From contig JAITKE010000017.1 of NCBI GenBank assembly GCA_031278595.1, positions 1-28,641 on the forward strand: DNA of 28,641 nucleotides, written 5' to 3'. Shown here piece by piece: positions 25,866-28,641 of the stretch. The translations under genes and the position numbers were made by a program. How positions within the stretch are numbered: position 1 is the stretch's first letter; the number at the start of each line of letters is the position of its first letter. Source of the DNA: Puniceicoccales bacterium. GTDB taxonomy: Bacteria > Verrucomicrobiota > Verrucomicrobiia > Opitutales > JAIRLG01. The notes beneath the pieces were generated by a model. The model made no database searches and had not been told where the DNA came from. It saw nothing but the letters and a program-made list of their open reading frames with translations.

Positions 25866-26036
25866 AGGGCGCCGTCTTTACTGGTCTTGGTGGGGGCCGG
25901 CTTTGCCCGGAAGAGGAAAAGGCCTCCGGCCTTTTCCCCTCCGGGCGGCCCGCTCCGCGGGCCCGATGCCTCCGACATCGAAAGCCGGCCCCAAAAAACA
26001 CGGACCCTCCGGCAAACGCCCTTGACGAGACACCCT
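25866..26036. mobile_element. MITE (171 bp) with IS5-like ends and a CTAG target duplication, containing a cloverleaf
   Basis: CTAG at 25862-25865 and 26037-26040; ends AGGGCGCCGTC and (ttgac)GAGACACCCT resemble the 17917/19409 termini. Confidence 0.75.
25893..25992. repeat. Cloverleaf-type palindromic repeat (compensatory variant)
   Basis: Outer ggggccggcttt / aaagccggcccc; inner gcccgga..ggaaaaggcc / ggccttttcc..tccgggc, ggcccgc-tcc-gcgggcc and cgatg...catcg. Confidence 0.88.
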
Positions 26037-26585
26037 CTAGGGCTTTTCGAGGAATTTCGGCGTTTCCGGCGGCGCCATTGCCGGTGCCACCGCCTTGGCC
26101 ACCATCGGCGTTGGCAGCTGCTGCGAGCGCAGAAATCCGGTCACGAAGAGGTGGATTTTCAGCTTTTTCGCCACCCCGAGCTCGTCCACCAGGAGGCGTT
26201 GCAGTTCGAACTGGAGCCGCGAGCCCAGGTCCTGTAGCGACTGGTGCTGGAGGATTTTGAAGTGAATGCTGAGCTCGATGCGATGGGGGTGGAGACGGAT
26301 GGCGATGTGGGGCCTCGTCCGAATGCCCTGGTCGAAGCAGGTCTGGATGAGGAGATCTTTGAGGGCCGATTTCTGCAGAAATAGCTTCCCCGCCTTTCCC
26401 TGGGCGATGCAGAGCTTGCGGTGGGGTTGTGCCAGGAGACGGCCGAGGTGCAGGAAAATCCAGAGGAGGAGGAGATAGCGCAGGGGCAAGCTGTGGTAAA
26501 CGTCGTGAAACAGCGCAGTCCAGTCCATATGCCACAGCATTTCGTGCAGCTCGAAAAACCAGCGGTTGATGACATCCAAATTCAT
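26037..26585 (-). CDS. Membrane-anchored protein, possibly AmaP/Asp23-related
   Basis: One hydrophobic segment (LPLRYLLLLWIFLHLG), then G.LFLQKSALKDLL...IELSIHF...LQFELQRLL...LKIHLFV, which resembles the AmaP/Asp23 alpha/beta pattern. The family call is tentative. Confidence 0.55.
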   Translation of the reverse strand: MNLDVINRWFFELHEMLWHMDWTALFHDVYHSLPLRYLLLLWIFLHLGRLLAQPHRKLCIAQGKAGKLFLQKSALKDLLIQTCFDQGIRTRPHIAIRLHPHRIELSIHFKILQHQSLQDLGSRLQFELQRLLVDELGVAKKLKIHLFVTGFLRSQQLPTPMVAKAVAPAMAPPETPKFLEKP

Positions 26586-26595
26586 AGATCCTCCT

Positions 26596-27030
26596 TCAGC
26601 TTTCTTTTCTCACGGCTTCATCAAAAGCATGCCAGGCCAATGTGGCACATTTCACGCGCATGGGAAACTTTTTTACGCCCTCCAGGGCCAGCAGTTCCCC
26701 CTGGTTTTGAAAGAACTCCGGATTCCCCCGGTCGCAGAGGGCCGCCTGTAGCTCGGCGGAGAATCGCTGGGCCTCCTCGAGCGTTTGCCCCAAAAGCTTT
26801 TCGCTCATGAGGGAGGCGGAAGCCCTGGAAATGGCACAGCCTTCGCCCTGAAAACTGATGTCCTCAATCCTGTCCGATTGAAGGCGCAGGAAGACTCGAA
26901 TCTCGTCGCCGCAGTTGGGGTTGTAACCCCTGGCCCAGTGGGTGGCATCGCCCATCGCCTGGGCGTGGCGCGGGTGGCGATTGTGCTCCAGAATGATCTC
27001 CTGATAGAGCTCTTGCAGCGGACTGTCCAT
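26596..27030 (-). CDS. sufU: SUF-system Fe-S assembly protein, NifU/IscU family
   Basis: LYQEIILEH, GYNPNCGDEI, GEGCAISRASAS and PMRVKCATLAW; three conserved Cys plus Asp; carries the SufU-type insertion. Confidence 0.92.
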   Translation of the reverse strand: MDSPLQELYQEIILEHNRHPRHAQAMGDATHWARGYNPNCGDEIRVFLRLQSDRIEDISFQGEGCAISRASASLMSEKLLGQTLEEAQRFSAELQAALCDRGNPEFFQNQGELLALEGVKKFPMRVKCATLAWHAFDEAVRKES

Positions 27031-27172
27031 CGGTGGCGAGAAAAGTGAGCTGAGAATTTTTCCGGAGAAAAGCTTTTAGCGGAAGGCAATGGGAAAATAT
27101 TTCAAAAGTCCTTTGGAGAAGAATTTATAGCCCTGAAAGTGTTTCCCAGGCGCCTCGGGAGGTCGCTTATTT

Positions 27173-27431
27173 TTATTCACAGGGTCGATGTGAATAAGCT
27201 GTGAATATTTTCCGCTTGAGGCGGAGGCCTTTCTCTCATAGGCGGCCCTCAGGGCCCCCAATTCGGGCGGTGAGGAGGGTTTAAGCCCCCGAATTTTCCC
27301 TGGCAAATACTAGGTTGGATGCGGGATAAGCGTTGTTTTTCAGCCGGAACGGAACCGCTGTACTCCGGCGATGGGGGAAACCGAGAGTTGACGTCCCTGG
27401 GCGAATAAGTTTCAACTGTATTTGTGAATAA
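27173..27431. promoter_or_regulatory. DnaA-box cluster upstream of dnaA (candidate oriC or autoregulatory region)
   Basis: TTATTCACA at 27173-27181 (+), 27189-27197 (-) and 27423-27431 (-); a one-mismatch box at 27200-27208 (-). All fit TT(A/T)TNCACA. Confidence 0.72.
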
Positions 27432-27446
27432 GTTCCAAAATCCCTC

Positions 27447-28641
27447 ATGACCGCGGAGGGGCAGGAGTCTCTGACGGCCCTGTGGTCCGTCATTCAGGCG
27501 GACTTTCGGCACGTTTTTCCGGAAGATGTCTACCATGCCTGGTTTCTTTCCCTGAGCTGCGATGCCGTCGATAATGAAAATGTCACCCTGGGGGCGCCGA
27601 ACGATTTCGCGGCCATCTGGATCGAGGAGAATTATGCCGACGTCATCACCAAGCGCCTTCAGCTGGTGCTGGGGCATAATGTAAAGCTCTGCTTTCAGTC
27701 ACGGGCGAAGGAGAAGGCGGAAGCGGCGAGCCCGACTCCGGAGCTCCAGCCGGCGGAGAATCCGCAATTGGTCTCGATGTCCTTGGGGGATGAGGCGCTG
27801 AAGGAGTTATCCCTGGAGGGTCAGAAGGAGCATCGCGTCATCAATACGGAGGGCGATCCTTACCTCCTCAATCCCAAGAACACTTTTGAGAACTTCATCG
27901 TCGGAGCGGGAAACCAGATGGCCCATGCGGCCTGCATGGCCGTTGCCAATGCGCCGGCTCGGGCCTACAATCCTCTCTTCCTCTACGGCGATACGGGATT
28001 GGGCAAGACGCACCTGATGCACGCCGTCGCCCATTATGTGCTGAACCAGATGCCCCGAACGCGTATCGTCTACACCTCGACGGAGAAGTTCACCAACGAG
28101 TTCATCCAGGCCATTCAGACCAATGCCCTGACGAAGTTCCGCCAAAAGTACCGCCGCGTCGACATTCTCCTGATCGACGATATTCACTTCCTCTCGGGGA
28201 AGGAGCGCATTCAGGAGGAATTCTTTCACACCTTTAACGAACTCTTCGAATCCCAGAAACAGATTTTCCTGAGCAGCGACCGGCCGGCGGCGGAAATTTC
28301 CAAGCTGGAGGGCCGTCTGGTCTCGCGTTTCCAGTGGGGATTGGTGACGGACATACAGGTGCCGGATTTGGAGACCCGCATGGCGATTTTGGGGAGGAAA
28401 TCCGCCGACATGAACCTTCACCTGAGTTCGGAGGTGCTGGAGTTCCTCGCCCAGCGCGTCTCGACCAATGTCCGGCGCCTGGAAGGGGCGCTGACCCGCA
28501 TCGCGAGCTACGCCGCCCTGACCAAGGCGGCCGTCGATGTCCCAACGCTCAGCCGCCTGTTGCGCGACATTTTTCAAGAGGATAAGCAGATTCAGGTGCC
28601 CCTGGAATACATCCAGCAGAAGGTGGCGGAACACTACCATC
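27447..28641 (+). CDS. dnaA: Chromosomal replication initiator DnaA (3'-truncated by the window end)
   Basis: My translation from ATG 27447 gives W..I...F....YHAWF...APNDFAAIWIEENY, LNPKNTFENFIVG, YNPLFLYGDTGLGKTHL, LLIDDIHF, QEEFFHTFN, SRFQWGL and NVRRLEGAL. The frame is open to the end of the window, so the ORF track omits it. Confidence 0.97.
   Translation, partial: MTAEGQESLTALWSVIQADFRHVFPEDVYHAWFLSLSCDAVDNENVTLGAPNDFAAIWIEENYADVITKRLQLVLGHNVKLCFQSRAKEKAEAASPTPELQPAENPQLVSMSLGDEALKELSLEGQKEHRVINTEGDPYLLNPKNTFENFIVGAGNQMAHAACMAVANAPARAYNPLFLYGDTGLGKTHLMHAVAHYVLNQMPRTRIVYTSTEKFTNEFIQAIQTNALTKFRQKYRRVDILLIDDIHFLSGKERIQEEFFHTFNELFESQKQIFLSSDRPAAEISKLEGRLVSRFQWGLVTDIQVPDLETRMAILGRKSADMNLHLSSEVLEFLAQRVSTNVRRLEGALTRIASYAALTKAAVDVPTLSRLLRDIFQEDKQIQVPLEYIQQKVAEHYH

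Noticed and set aside
58-25992. Calling the palindromic repeats rho-independent terminators, tRNAs or a CRISPR array
   Set aside because: Most lack a U-tract 3' of the stem on either strand, and several have T before and A after. They have no T-loop, anticodon geometry or CCA. They are dispersed rather than regularly spaced with unique spacers, and no cas genes are present.
27807-28640. 277-aa minus-strand ORF at the window end
   Set aside because: It is the antisense shadow of dnaA, which runs off the window on the + strand.

Overview
GC-rich bacterial chromosome segment. The DksA, DnaA, nucleoside-phosphorylase-family and OleC-like sequences suggest a PVC-superphylum (possibly Verrucomicrobiota/Opitutales-like) organism; this is an inference. 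Housekeeping genes present: an amino-acid ABC ATPase, lspA, a dksA-like gene, ileS, comEC, an oleC-like ligase, a gspE/pilB ATPase, rseP, a deoA/pdp-like gene, tRNA-Gln, frr, pyrH, prmC, an amaP-like gene, sufU, and the 5' part of dnaA with an upstream DnaA-box cluster. Between them are AT-richer accessory genes, three of which carry signal-peptide-like N-termini: a Hanks-type kinase, an ankyrin-repeat protein and a broken GT8 glycosyltransferase. A low-complexity ORF and an AAA_14/DUF4143 ATPase split by an 11-bp duplication are also present. The strongest unexplained signal is non-coding. About 13 intergenic elements of roughly 75-110 bp share one fold (an outer stem closing three inner hairpins; two in one copy) while their sequences diverge with compensatory changes. 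Several lie inside miniature IS5-like elements whose ends read (CTAG)AGGGTGTCGTCAAAT and which sit on TAG stop codons. Direct pairs of these repeats bracket the two broken accessory genes.
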